From: Cyanidioschyzon merolae
Lineage: Eukaryota
Reading direction: 5' to 3' (one strand)
Length of the DNA: 64,000 nucleotides
Assembly (NCBI GenBank): GCA_000091205.1
Contig: AP006495.2
Positions within the stretch are counted from its first letter, which is position 1. Every line of letters begins with the position of its first letter. The position numbers and the translations under genes are program-made. Positions 1 to 10,405 of the stretch are shown piece by piece. The notes below the pieces were generated by a model. It worked only from the letters and a program-made list of their open reading frames with translations, was not told the origin of the DNA and searched no databases.

Positions 1-1163
1 TGGGGCTCCTCACGGACGAACGCTTCGGCGATTAGCTTGTCCCCTGTACGAGCAAGCGCATGGTGTTCCATTCGATACGGGATTTGTGAAACGCGATGTT
101 GCTCATAATTAACGAACTGCCGGGAGGAAAATCCAGCCTGGAGACCGACTCACGAAATTTTTCGTCCATCCACGCTCGCTTCGTTCAAAGCGATAACGCA
201 ATCTCCACCGACGACGATCGCTTCGATACCTCGAGTCCAAGAGTGCTTGCCATAAAAAGAGAGCAGACCGCAGCCTTTCGGAGGATATCCGGTAAGACGA
301 ATGATGCTGCACTGGAATCCCATTTTCGTGACGGCCACAAAGAACGGAGGATTCGACTTTCGAACGGAATCGATATTTCGACTTGACGACTTCAATGAAT
401 GTTCGCTATAGACTTGTGAAGAACCCGTCAAGACGAAGTCGATTTTTTTTCGTCATCAATCCAGCAGTACGAGTTGCTGTGCAAACGCGATGAAGCAGAA
501 ACATCCAAAAAATGAAGAATCTGTGATTTGAACATCCTTCACATACGTAAAACTAGAATAGTCGAGGTTACTGCAGCGTCATTGATACAATGATAACGGT
601 TGTTTTACGAACCCTTGTTGGAAAGCGTCGCGACTCCTCTTGATGACAGTGACGTAATGAGTTGCAGCGAAAACGCGTTGAAATAGCCTTTCCGATAAGA
701 CGACCGATCATGCCAAACCGACGTATGATTCCATAAAACCCCTGTTGCTGTACTTCGAATATCGAAGCTGTAAATCCGAAAAAATTTGGAGAAAATGGCG
801 CAAGGCAGGGACATAGCAACGCATCCAGTGTTCCGCTTCAACCTGACAGACGCGTAGCGCGCGCAGTACTGCGCAGCGTCTGGTGCACAGCAAGCGCAGG
901 CGAAACGCACTGCGAATCCTTCGCTCCTGCTTGGTGTATGTGTATCGTGCTTCGCTCGAAAGGCAGTTTGCCCAGAACCCGCTCTTTAGGGCAAAGTTTG
1001 GCAGACTGCCGTGTAGAAGCGTCCACAGCGTACGCAAGCGTGCAGCGTTGGGTTCCTTTTTGACTCAATAGAACAAGTGGTGGAGAGAAGGACTGGGCAC
1101 AGCGAACGTCGTTTCGAGCAAGCGTCTCCGCTCTGCACGAGCGCGGTTTGTCCTGGGCGGACC

Positions 1164-3080
1164 ATGTCGGAAGTGACACTGATGAACGGTGTAAACTCGG
1201 CCCTGGTCGACGAACTGGTTGAAGAACACGTACAAGTACGGAAAGAGTACGGATCGCAACCAAAGTGTACAGTGCTAGAGCGAGTTCGTCAAGCGCTGCA
1301 GCAGGTCGATGTCGATGAACTTTGCCATGGCGAGCTTGCTCGAACCAGAGTTGGCGAGCGAGCTCTTCGTGTTTTCCATAACGAGCCGAATCTTTTGATG
1401 GGTTTACGAAAAGCGGCTCTAGCGGATCTGATACAACGGGAGCAGAAACGCGAGCGTCTTGCAGCGAGCGGGGATATCCAGAACCCGGTGCCGTGGACGA
1501 AAGTGCTCGAGTATTTGCGGCGCCCGACGCTGCTTGAGGAGGCGCTCGAGCTACACCCGGACGCTTTCGGCCACTTTAAGCAGATGCTACGCTTGATTCT
1601 GGATGATGCGGCGGTCGCGCGTACGCTCAGTCAGGAGAAGGATGCGATTGTTGAAAGCGTAACGGAGTTGTATCGTTGTTGCACGCCGATCCAGGTCTGC
1701 TCGCCAACGACGCTTGATGGCGATCATCGAGTGATGAAGGAATCCCTAGGCTATGATTGCATCCCACTGACACGACTTGAGGCTGTTCTCTACTATCTGG
1801 AACGCTATCGGGGGCGTGACTACCACCCAGACCAGGCGGCGGCGGCGGCGGCAGCAGCAGCTGGTGGTGGTGGTGGTGGTGGTGGTGACTCGACCCCGGT
1901 CCGGCGCATCGAGGCTCCACGCAAAGCCGAGCGTGTCGCCCCCGACAGCGACGTCATCAGCAAGGAAGAGAAGAAAGCGCTCCAGATCTGTCACGATGCG
2001 CTGGGAATATCTCAGTACTCTCTGGAATTGCTTCGATCTTATGTGAATGATTGGTGGGAAAGACCTCCCTCTGTCCGAGAGGCCCTGCCTCAGGTAGTTC
2101 TGCTGGAGTCCACGCGAACCGCTTTGCAACCTGAACTCCAGTCCGCGATCAAGACGTATGCACAGGAGCGACTTGGGCTCTTGAAGCGGGTCCGCGCACT
2201 CATCGAGCGTGGCGACTGGGCAGGGGTCGCGGAAATTACGCCCGCACACGATGCGGAACATATATTACCCATGCCGGGGTTACGAATAGAAACGCCCAGG
2301 TCTCCCTGGATTCTGAATTTTGTGCTGCTGTACATTCAGGCGCTACACGAGTTATCACTTGGTGAGTATGTTTCTCGACTTGCCTCGATAGCCCTGAACT
2401 CGCCAATGCTGTGGGCGATGTTTCGGCGCCTCGTAAGATTTCTCGTTCTTGCAGAGTACGAACGGGGCGCTGTGGCGGCCGACTCCGTACCCCGTCAGTG
2501 CCAGGTGCACGAGCGCCTTCCGCAGGACTTGTGCGTTGCCATTGCGAGCGCCGTCTGTTCGAGGGCATTAGGGACGAACTCCCCGCTTCGCACTCGCCTC
2601 GAATCTGATCTAGCCATGCGGCACGAGTGGTTGCAAAAAAGCGCACTGCGCACCGAGGAGCCGCTTTGGCATGAACAATGCTTACTCATTAGTGAAATAG
2701 AGCAGATTAATGTATTAGAAATGCCAATCCTCGATGAGCGACAGCTCTCTGCCGCAATACGCACATCCTATTGCTCCAGACTGGGCTGGTTGCAAGCGCG
2801 CTTAAGTTACCTCCTGAGCGATTCCGAGGCACCAGAACCGCTTCTGGTATCAAATCGCCTCGAGCTGATCCCCGACGACTCGAGAGATCACCAGGGTGCC
2901 CTGCATACGTCCGACTCGGAAACGAGTGCCGACATTGACGAGGAATTAGTTTCCGTGATTATGGAGTTTACTGACGTGACGCGCGCAGGAGCCATCTTCA
3001 TTCTGCAAGAGTACATGCGCCAGAATCCCGGCGGACGCATGTCCAACGCTCAGGAGATCCTCGACCGCCTCTTTCCCTAA
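1164..3080 (+). CDS. Hypothetical protein with a poly-Ala/poly-Gly tract and a C-terminal UBA-like helical domain.
   Basis: Long ORF 1077..3080; the likely start is the ATG at 1164 (MSEVTLMNG). A GCG/GCA/GGT repeat at 1835-1890 encodes AAAAAAAAAGGGGGGGG. The C-terminal segment EFTDVTRAGAIFILQEYMRQNPGGRMSNAQEILDRLF resembles a UBA/CUE-like three-helix module. No family could be assigned from sequence alone. Confidence 0.5.
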   Translation: MSEVTLMNGVNSALVDELVEEHVQVRKEYGSQPKCTVLERVRQALQQVDVDELCHGELARTRVGERALRVFHNEPNLLMGLRKAALADLIQREQKRERLAASGDIQNPVPWTKVLEYLRRPTLLEEALELHPDAFGHFKQMLRLILDDAAVARTLSQEKDAIVESVTELYRCCTPIQVCSPTTLDGDHRVMKESLGYDCIPLTRLEAVLYYLERYRGRDYHPDQAAAAAAAAAGGGGGGGGDSTPVRRIEAPRKAERVAPDSDVISKEEKKALQICHDALGISQYSLELLRSYVNDWWERPPSVREALPQVVLLESTRTALQPELQSAIKTYAQERLGLLKRVRALIERGDWAGVAEITPAHDAEHILPMPGLRIETPRSPWILNFVLLYIQALHELSLGEYVSRLASIALNSPMLWAMFRRLVRFLVLAEYERGAVAADSVPRQCQVHERLPQDLCVAIASAVCSRALGTNSPLRTRLESDLAMRHEWLQKSALRTEEPLWHEQCLLISEIEQINVLEMPILDERQLSAAIRTSYCSRLGWLQARLSYLLSDSEAPEPLLVSNRLELIPDDSRDHQGALHTSDSETSADIDEELVSVIMEFTDVTRAGAIFILQEYMRQNPGGRMSNAQEILDRLFP

Positions 3081-3929
3081 GTCTTCCGAATATATCGCAT
3101 GCTTCAGAGGTACCCGGCATCGCTCGAAATTTCGATTATATCGCCTCTTTCTGAGACGCATTATACCGTTGAAGGTATGTGCGCTGCTGTCCCGGTGCGG
3201 CGCGAGGCGACCGCGTATCCCACGGTGTACGGCGGGTTCTCGCGACGGCGCAACCGCGTCGCGAGAAGATGAACACAGCGGATATGCTGCATATTCTTCC
3301 GGGTATCTGAATGCAACGACCGAGGCGTTTGTATCTGCTATATTTGCTAATACTGCAAATCATCAGCAGAGGCACACAGCATCTGGCTCCATTCCTCGTC
3401 GTTATCGTCGTCGCTGTTGTATTCAGGGCATGCAAGAGTGCAAAGCTTGCTCCGAGCATACATTGACGCCACCGTGCCTGTGTGTGACGAAGCGTCTACA
3501 TCCGATACGAAATTTTCTTCTACATGACGACCTGCTTCTTTTGATAACTGGTTCAGCTCTGGAGAGCTGCGTATGCCTTGAGCTCCTGGATCGGAAGCAC
3601 TGGCGCTTGCTCGAACTCGTTAAAGCGCGCTCGCCGATGCTCGTCAGCGGTGATGATGGTAAAACTTGCCAAGGGATAGCCAATAGTTCCAGATGCTTCC
3701 ATCATAGCTTTCTTGAGCTGAAAGCAACTCGCTATCCGCTGTTGGTTGAATATCCCTGCTGAAGATGCCAAGGCTAGCGCTTTCCGTGGATAGATTCGGA
3801 CGGGAGAGATAGCGGTTTGCAGTCGCAATGCGCTCGGTGAAACCAAGCACTCGGGTATTCGTCGGTTCAGTGCAAGCTCCACTGGCTACTCTATTGTCTG
3901 TCAGCGTGACGGACTCTTTAACTGATATC

Positions 3930-4110
3930 GTAAAGCGAGCCGCTATTCAAACGCTTTTCCGTGTTTCTGCGATTGGCTACTTTTTCCAACCGTCGGTCTG
4001 GAATACGAAAGCAAGCCGCTACACACACGCTTTTCGTGCAAGTGCGAACGGCTTTTTTCCCGCCTGCCCGCTCGACACGGGAAAGCGAGCCGCTGTAAAG
4101 ACGCATTCCA
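3930..4110. repeat. Three imperfect tandem units of ~75 bp sharing an aaagcgagccgct...acgctttt core.
   Basis: Units begin near 3933, 4008 and 4082 and were read directly from the sequence. The array is intergenic. Confidence 0.4.
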
Positions 4111-4209
4111 TACTTGTGCCCAGTGCTCGTGCTGCGTTAAACCTCCAGGGCAACGTCCCGTACCGAGGAAAGTTTCCGCAAGAGAGCCAGGTCTATTATG
4201 CCTGCTCAC

Positions 4210-4479
4210 TCACAGTTGAACGAACCAGTCTTTCTGCTTGCTAGGTTTTGAGGGGTCCTCGGCGTCGCGAGTTCCACGCCAGACTGAGAGCCTTTGGAGC
4301 TCGCATACCGCGAGTCGAAGCTGCTCTTCGGTTGCCTTTGGGTCTAGGTGACGGTTTCGCCGAAACTCCTCCCTTATAGCTTGGTATACAGCCTGGCGTC
4401 GGATGGAGGGATAGTGACTTGCCGCCCGGAGTAGCTTCCGATACAGTTCAAGGACCACTAGGCGCTGTGTCGAGCTCAT
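4210..4479 (-). CDS. LYR-motif (Complex1_LYR family) small protein.
   Basis: 89-aa ORF whose N-terminus LVVLELYRKLLRAASHYPS...RRQAVYQAIREEFRRNR contains the L-Y-R tripeptide followed by downstream basic and Phe residues, as in the LYRM/ISD11/SDHAF family. The size fits that family. Confidence 0.55.
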   Translation of the reverse strand: MSSTQRLVVLELYRKLLRAASHYPSIRRQAVYQAIREEFRRNRHLDPKATEEQLRLAVCELQRLSVWRGTRDAEDPSKPSKQKDWFVQL

Positions 4480-5224
4480 TCACCACCCAAGGAACCCCGT
4501 GGCTTCACAGCATTGGTAGCTTCCAGACTTGACCGAGGTGTAAAAGGAATGTGCGCACGGCAGACGGGGCGCTGACGCCGCACGAGTTCGCACACGAACG
4601 AGCGAGACGGAAATAGGAATTCGTTGCGCTGGAATGTGGATAAATGTTTTCGGTTTTCGCACTGCGACGCGGATGATCTTGAAGTATGTTGCAACATCTC
4701 ATGGAGTGTAGAAGAAGTTTATGGAGCTACCGGTTTTCCCGGTCGGTGGACCACGGTTCATGGTGGTTACGAACACGCGGTCGCTCACCGATACCTATGG
4801 CGGTATCAAATGGAACAGGACCACTTGACTAGCTCTGGCTTACACCGTATACCCATTTCAGAAAGACAGATAACAGCTGCTCTAACATGGGCGTGCATGC
4901 TGCACTTCTGGTGGCATCCAGATGGCATCAGCACAAGCCTTTATTGGCTTTTTCTCTGACTGGTTCCTTTTCGTGTTCTTTTTTGTCTCGAGTTTTAATT
5001 CGACGGTCAGGCCTGTCCATCCCGCTCCGTTTCCAAAAGTCGAATGATGTTCACAGCAGCGTTAGAGATCCGACTGCGCTGCCTCGGGCTGTTGTCGACG
5101 CAGTTCACGCAGAAGCCAGATTTGCGATCAACGCTTCGATAGCCATTGGTCATCTTCTGTGTGTACACAGCCTTGATGCATCCTTCGCAGCGGTGATAGT
5201 TGGCTCTAGTCAGATGTTCCTATA

Positions 5225-5480
5225 AATGCAGCATCGTCCATCTTAAGAAAGGCCTCCCTGTGGCGTGCGAACGCTCGCCTTCTCGCTCGGTACATGCCCT
5301 CTTCGCGTACAGAAGGCTAACCTGCCTGCATTCCTACGTGTTTGCGCCCGGCGCTGCATCCCACTGTAAGGGGCTTCTGCAGGGCGTATCCCTTTGACGA
5401 GTACGCTGTCCGCTGCACGAGCAAGCGCATGCTGTTCCATTCGATGCTGCATGATCCGAATCTTCGCGCGCTCCTCTTTT
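5225..5480. repeat. Dispersed repeat family; related copies at 1..100 and 46345..46500.
   Basis: ccctgtggcgtgcgaa at 5256 matches 46381, with ~70% similarity over the flanking ~80 bp. acgagcaagcgcatg(g/c)tgttccattcgat is shared between 40-95 and 5417-5465. The window start therefore lies inside a copy. Confidence 0.4.
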
Positions 5481-7037
5481 CTGTGCACTCTTCCAATAAA
5501 TCATGTCGATTATCGTGCCGGGCTTCGAGGTATCTTAATCACCACTTTGCATCCTTTTCATACGTTCTATCCACTCATGGCAATGTGTCCTGGGGTTCTG
5601 CGACGCTGTTCTTCTTCCCTTGCTCGCTGGTCGGACACTTTTCTCATTTGTTCGCTTCCGCTGATGCAAAGATGACTTGCGTTTCAGTGGAACTTACGAC
5701 TGAAGGTCCAAGCAGCAGTTTCCAGGCTCGTAACTCGAGAGCACCGTCGCTTACCACATGGAGATTGGACTTCTCTTCGGATCTTACTGAAGCACAGGTG
5801 TAGATGTTTGCTCTCCACAGAACCTAGCAGATGCAGGTCACATTTCGGAGCAAACTCTCCAGGGCATGCGTCTTAACTGCTCGTTGTTTCTCCATGTATT
5901 GCCTCTGATGGTCAGGGGTGCATTAGCGATCTGAAACGGTGATGAACTGTGTAGTTAGTTCGCTAACGATGCTGATGGATACCCCAACAATACAGTCTCA
6001 ATGGAAAACAATAAATCTCCAAGCCGTTACAAAAAAAATTGAATATCTAACCTTTTCCTACATCTGTACATCTGTTTTTGCATTCAGTCGCTTGTCGCTC
6101 CTATGGTGCTTCATGAGTTCCTTCGAATCTTGGTACGGAAGCAGCATGGCTCGCTTCGGGAGCTCGATATTGGGATCAGCTCTTCTTCTTCAGCAGTTTC
6201 GTAATCCACGGGACGAATCGACTTCGCCTTTCCGAGGCCGTATGCCTTCTCAGCGAAGAAAAAACAGAACGATCAAAAACTTGAAAATCTGTGGTTTAGA
6301 CATACGCTCCGTAGGAGAAGCAGAAAGTTGGAAGCATGTGCATTCGATTTGGATCATGACGTTGGTTATTTCGTGAACCCCTGGTCGCGGCGTTGCGAGT
6401 CATCCTGATTCTGGTGATGTCACGAAATCCAGCGGCAAAGCGTCGAAGGCGTCACCCAGAAAAGTCAGTTGGGAATCTTCACGCTACAGAGATGTTTGTG
6501 AGCTCTGGCTGCCACACGTCGAGCGTCGAGACGACGCGTCTAAAAAAATTCGCAAGGGTCAGTGTGAGTGGTTTAGTGTTCCTTTCTAGTCTGGCAGAGG
6601 CGTAGGCCGGTCAGCTACGGGAAGCACCGTCCCTGAACACACACCCGATCCCGACTGCAGGGACTGCCGTCAGAGAGCCCCAAGCCAGAGCTCGCGCATG
6701 GACGGTAGGTTTGATCGGCCTAGTGTCCCGCTACAGGTCGTACGGATACAGGACGGCTTTTCATTGCGATGAAGGACCTGGTTTCATGTCACCTGTGAAG
6801 CAACGCAAGCCGATAAACAAGTAACGAGCAAACGGCGCCGTCGTTGTTGATTGCCACACGGACCTAATCGCAGACTGAAATCGGCAACCAGGACACAGTT
6901 CTTGCTCCGGTTATCAGCAGCGCTTGTGGACACGGTAGCGTCCGATCAAATTCGCGGAACTCTGTCGTTAAAAGGCACCAAAGCTCGACGCGGGACACAC
7001 GCCTCTGCGTTGGTGCACGCGAAGAGCTTGGCGCTTG

Positions 7038-7067
7038 AGCTGCTGCTGCTGCTGCTGCTGCTGCTGC
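7038..7067. repeat. (CTG)9 microsatellite.
   Basis: Direct read: gagctgctgctgctgctgctgctgctgctgctgcc. Confidence 0.8.
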
Positions 7068-7748
7068 CCGCCACTTGCTTTGGATTTCAGAGAAATAATA
7101 CCTTCCGTTTATATATGCTGGTTGTGAACGTACCAGATATGCCCTACGGCAAAACCGAACTTTCCGTCCCCTGTCAAGTGGAAACCGCCATTCCGGCAAC
7201 TACGCTGCTTATCGATAGCTCGAAGTTGCCTCCTTCGTGCTTCTTTCCGCAGGGGCCACAGCGCACCGCAGTACGGGGAATGCAGCGGTGCGGGTATGAC
7301 GCGCCTCTGTTCAAGGTGGGTTGTGTGCGCAGAGCAGCCCGCGCCACGCTTCACCCTCTCGCGTTAGCGGTTAGACTACATTGAGGGCGGGTATTGGGTG
7401 AGCGTGCACCCCGCATTCCCCCTGTGTCTCCGACTCAGTAACGCTTCCATGCTTGCGCCAGTTTCACATGTGCGTGCCGCCGCCTTCCGCATTGCACTGC
7501 AATCTCACGGCTCGTTTTGTTATGCAGATGGCATCTCGCCGGCGTAACGATAATCGAAATGACTCGCGCACTCGATGTGATACGACTCTGGGAGAGATGC
7601 AGCCCCGACTTGACAGAGGCGCGCCCCCAACATCAGCACGGCGGAATCAGCGGGCCAACGTCTTAGCTTGTCTGCCCATGAGGCGCCCGCTTGCACCTGT
7701 CCTTCCTTTCCGGTTGCGCCGCTGTACACCAGCTCGAATCGTCGTTAT

Positions 7749-9050
7749 CTAATGCATCATCGCAGCAGCTTCTTGCATCACCAGTCTGGAGCCGGTGCCG
7801 CTGCCCACCACCACGGTGGAGGGGCCAGAGCTCGCCATCGGAGAGGCGACTGGACCCACTACCGTCGTTCCATCTGTAGAGGTCGTCGATCCACTCGAGG
7901 AAGATCCGTATGAGCTGCCGCTGCTGCCGGTAACGACGATGCCACCGCTGCTGCCGCTGCTGCCGCTGCTGCCGCTGCTGCCGGTAACGACGATGCCACC
8001 GCTGCTGCTGCTGCTGCTGCTGCTGCTTCCTGAAGACGGCTCCAGCTCAGTTTGAACCGGCTGCTGCTGGCCAGAGTTCTGGCTGTAAGGGTTGAACGGC
8101 TGCACCTGCTGCTTCGGGTAGTACTTCTTGTAATAACTCTTGTTGTAGTTGAACGGCCCAAAGACAGCAGTTGCGTTCCATCCGCTGGGAAAGTTGACCA
8201 CCGGATTCTTGTAGTAGCACCATGGAATATCCTGAGTCTGATACTTTTGCTGGAGGTACGGAGGCAGCAATATGGGATCGAAGCAGCAGTTACGCTCCAA
8301 GCACTGTTGCTCAGAAATGCCTGGGAAACCGCAGTTCTGGCGCTCCCGATAGGTGACGTTGCAGGTCATGAGCGGTTGATAGCAGAAGCCGTAGCTGTTG
8401 CCGAAGAAATTCACCTTCTGCTGCTTCTGCAGAGACTGACTGCTCGGGATAGAATCCTCATATGTCAGGTTCGGGTTCTGCTCCCAGCAGCAGCCCTGTG
8501 CCTCGCAATCCAGCTGGTTCATGTTATTCCAGCCGGAGTAGCATGGAACCTTGTAGTCGCCAACATTACAGCTCACATTGGGAAGTTGCTGCTGCGGTGG
8601 AGGCGAGTAGCCCACTGGAGCATAGCACCAGGGCCCGACCTCCGTCGGTGGAAGGGGATTCCAGCAGCCACCCTGCTGCAGACACTCTGCCGGAGTGATC
8701 TGCGGATAGCCGATCGCGACACGGTCGGCTGCGGAAATATTACAGATGGAGGTCGGCTCGTACGAGACGCAAACACCGTCTCCATTGTAGTTGAATCCCC
8801 AGTTCACCTGAGTCTGCCAGCAGCACTGGTAGTCGAAGCACTTCTGCTGGTCATTGCCAGCGTCACCACAGAGATAGATCGAGCAGGTTGTTCCAATATA
8901 GGTCGAGTTCAGGGAGCTCCACCGCTCCAGGTTGGAGTCCACCAGCATGGACGGCGCTGCGTTGACGCCGCCCATGGCGGCCACCATACACAGCAGCGCG
9001 AGCACTGCTGCTGCTGCCGCCGCTGAGATGAAAGAGAATAACTTACGCAT
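7749..9050 (-). CDS. Secreted multi-trefoil (P-domain) protein with a C-terminal Ser/Gly-rich mucin-like tail.
   Basis: 433-aa ORF. The N-terminus MRKLFSFISAAAAAAVLALLCMVAAMGGVNA is signal-peptide-like. Four Cys-rich modules are present; RERQNCGFPGISEQQCLERNCCFD...PWCYY fits the trefoil signature [KRH]-x2-C-x-[FYPSTV]-x3-[ST]-x3-C-x4-CC-[FYWH] exactly, and the others are CCW/GCW variants (CFDYQCCWQ, ECLQQGGCWNP, CEAQGCCWEQ). The tail SSGSSSSSSSSSGGIVVTGSSGSSGSS is encoded by GCT/CTG repeats at 7915-8035. Confidence 0.7.
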   Translation of the reverse strand: MRKLFSFISAAAAAAVLALLCMVAAMGGVNAAPSMLVDSNLERWSSLNSTYIGTTCSIYLCGDAGNDQQKCFDYQCCWQTQVNWGFNYNGDGVCVSYEPTSICNISAADRVAIGYPQITPAECLQQGGCWNPLPPTEVGPWCYAPVGYSPPPQQQLPNVSCNVGDYKVPCYSGWNNMNQLDCEAQGCCWEQNPNLTYEDSIPSSQSLQKQQKVNFFGNSYGFCYQPLMTCNVTYRERQNCGFPGISEQQCLERNCCFDPILLPPYLQQKYQTQDIPWCYYKNPVVNFPSGWNATAVFGPFNYNKSYYKKYYPKQQVQPFNPYSQNSGQQQPVQTELEPSSGSSSSSSSSSGGIVVTGSSGSSGSSGSSGGIVVTGSSGSSYGSSSSGSTTSTDGTTVVGPVASPMASSGPSTVVVGSGTGSRLVMQEAAAMMH

Positions 9051-9954
9051 GGGTAATTGATACGTTCTGTTACGAGATGTGCACTAGGTTTCCCTGTTGA
9101 ATGCAGAGGTTTCCCAAAACGATGAAACGAGCGCTTGCTTGATTCTTTGCAGCGTCACTTGCAGTTCACGATGTGCTGGTATGCGCGAGAGCGAACGACG
9201 AGCACTTCACGTACTGAGTCACAGACACTGAAAAAGAGGCGCTTCTCAAGAGATATGATTCGGCTTGCAGTCGATCGAGCAGATGAAACCGGTCGTTTTC
9301 GATCTGGATTCAGCTTCGCTCGTAAGTGCACACGAACACTCTCGACGACGAGAAAAAACAACACACGAATGCGGAAATCCCCGCGCGCTAAGTTGAGAAC
9401 GAATAATGAAAACGATTAGCACCCTTCGAAATGGAGTGCGCGCACGACGTGTATATGGTTCCAACGGTACCCAGATACACACACACACACCGATATATCG
9501 TCACGGGAGATCTGCGATCGAGAAGAGCACAGAGCCCAAGCGCTAAATGACGACCTGCTTAGAACGCTACACGCTACAACGAAATGCTAGATGCAGCAGC
9601 TGTGGAGAGCAGAGCGTGCACAGTTCCACACACACACTCACTCACGCGATGTTTAACGACAACAACAATACCTTCTCCGCATGAATTGCTGCAACATAGA
9701 CGGATTCATGCCGTGCAAGCGGTAGCATCACGAATGGGGCCGGCCGGTCCAAAACGTATCCATAGCAGGGCCGGCGTCACCAGTTTGGCCGCGTTGCAGT
9801 GCCGGCTGCGGCCCTGCGTCGGATCCAGCGCTGGGCCAAATGGCGTTACGCGCGATCGCGCGGGTGCGATGCGCAGCGTGCGATCGATCGCGAATGGCAT
9901 GCGCAGCGCCACCCGCGACTGGTGCGCGCAGCGCTGGAGCGGGATGATCATCTT

Positions 9955-10405
9955 TCACCTGAATGGTGTTCCAGTGCAGGTGCGTGTTATCAAATGCTTT
10001 TTCGGCGGTTTACGGCAATGCGTTCCAAGTGCGTTCGTTTTGGAGACATAGATAATCCAAGGGAAAGGTATGGACAGAAAATTCGGGGATCCTGGGTAAT
10101 GTCATCGCCAGTTGCGGGAGAGAAACAAAAAAATCCTGTTCTCCCTAAACACCGAGTGAAGAAGAGCAAGTGGCGAAGAGCTAGAAGAGGCAGAACGGGG
10201 ATCGAAGGATGCGGAAAGGATTTTTCGCCCTCTTTTGGCAGACGGCTACACCAGGCACCCAGTATCCCCGAATTTTCTGTCCATACCTTTCCCTCGGGTT
10301 TCTCTAGTTCTTCGCAGGAACGCACTTCGAATGCGTCTGCCGTAAACCGCGAAAAAGCATTTCATAACGCGCACCTCGGATGAAGCACAGTGCAGATAAA
10401 AGAGT
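9955..10405. mobile_element. Palindromic (MITE-like) element made of two inverted copies of the 5' end of the Fanzor-like family.
   Basis: The left arm 9960-10100 (aatgctttttcggcggtttacggcaatgcgttccaagtgcgttcg...ggaaaggtatggacagaaaattcggggatcctggg) and the right arm 10260-10400 read as reverse complements of each other; each arm is >=140 bp. Both arms match the 5' UTR plus the first codons of element A (15560-15650) and element D (58412-58520). Confidence 0.45.

Noticed and set aside
8052-9026. 324-aa ORF on the plus strand.
   Set aside because: It is antisense to the trefoil-protein gene. It is Leu/Val/Ala-rich, as expected from translating the reverse complement of Gln/Ser/Gly-rich coding sequence.
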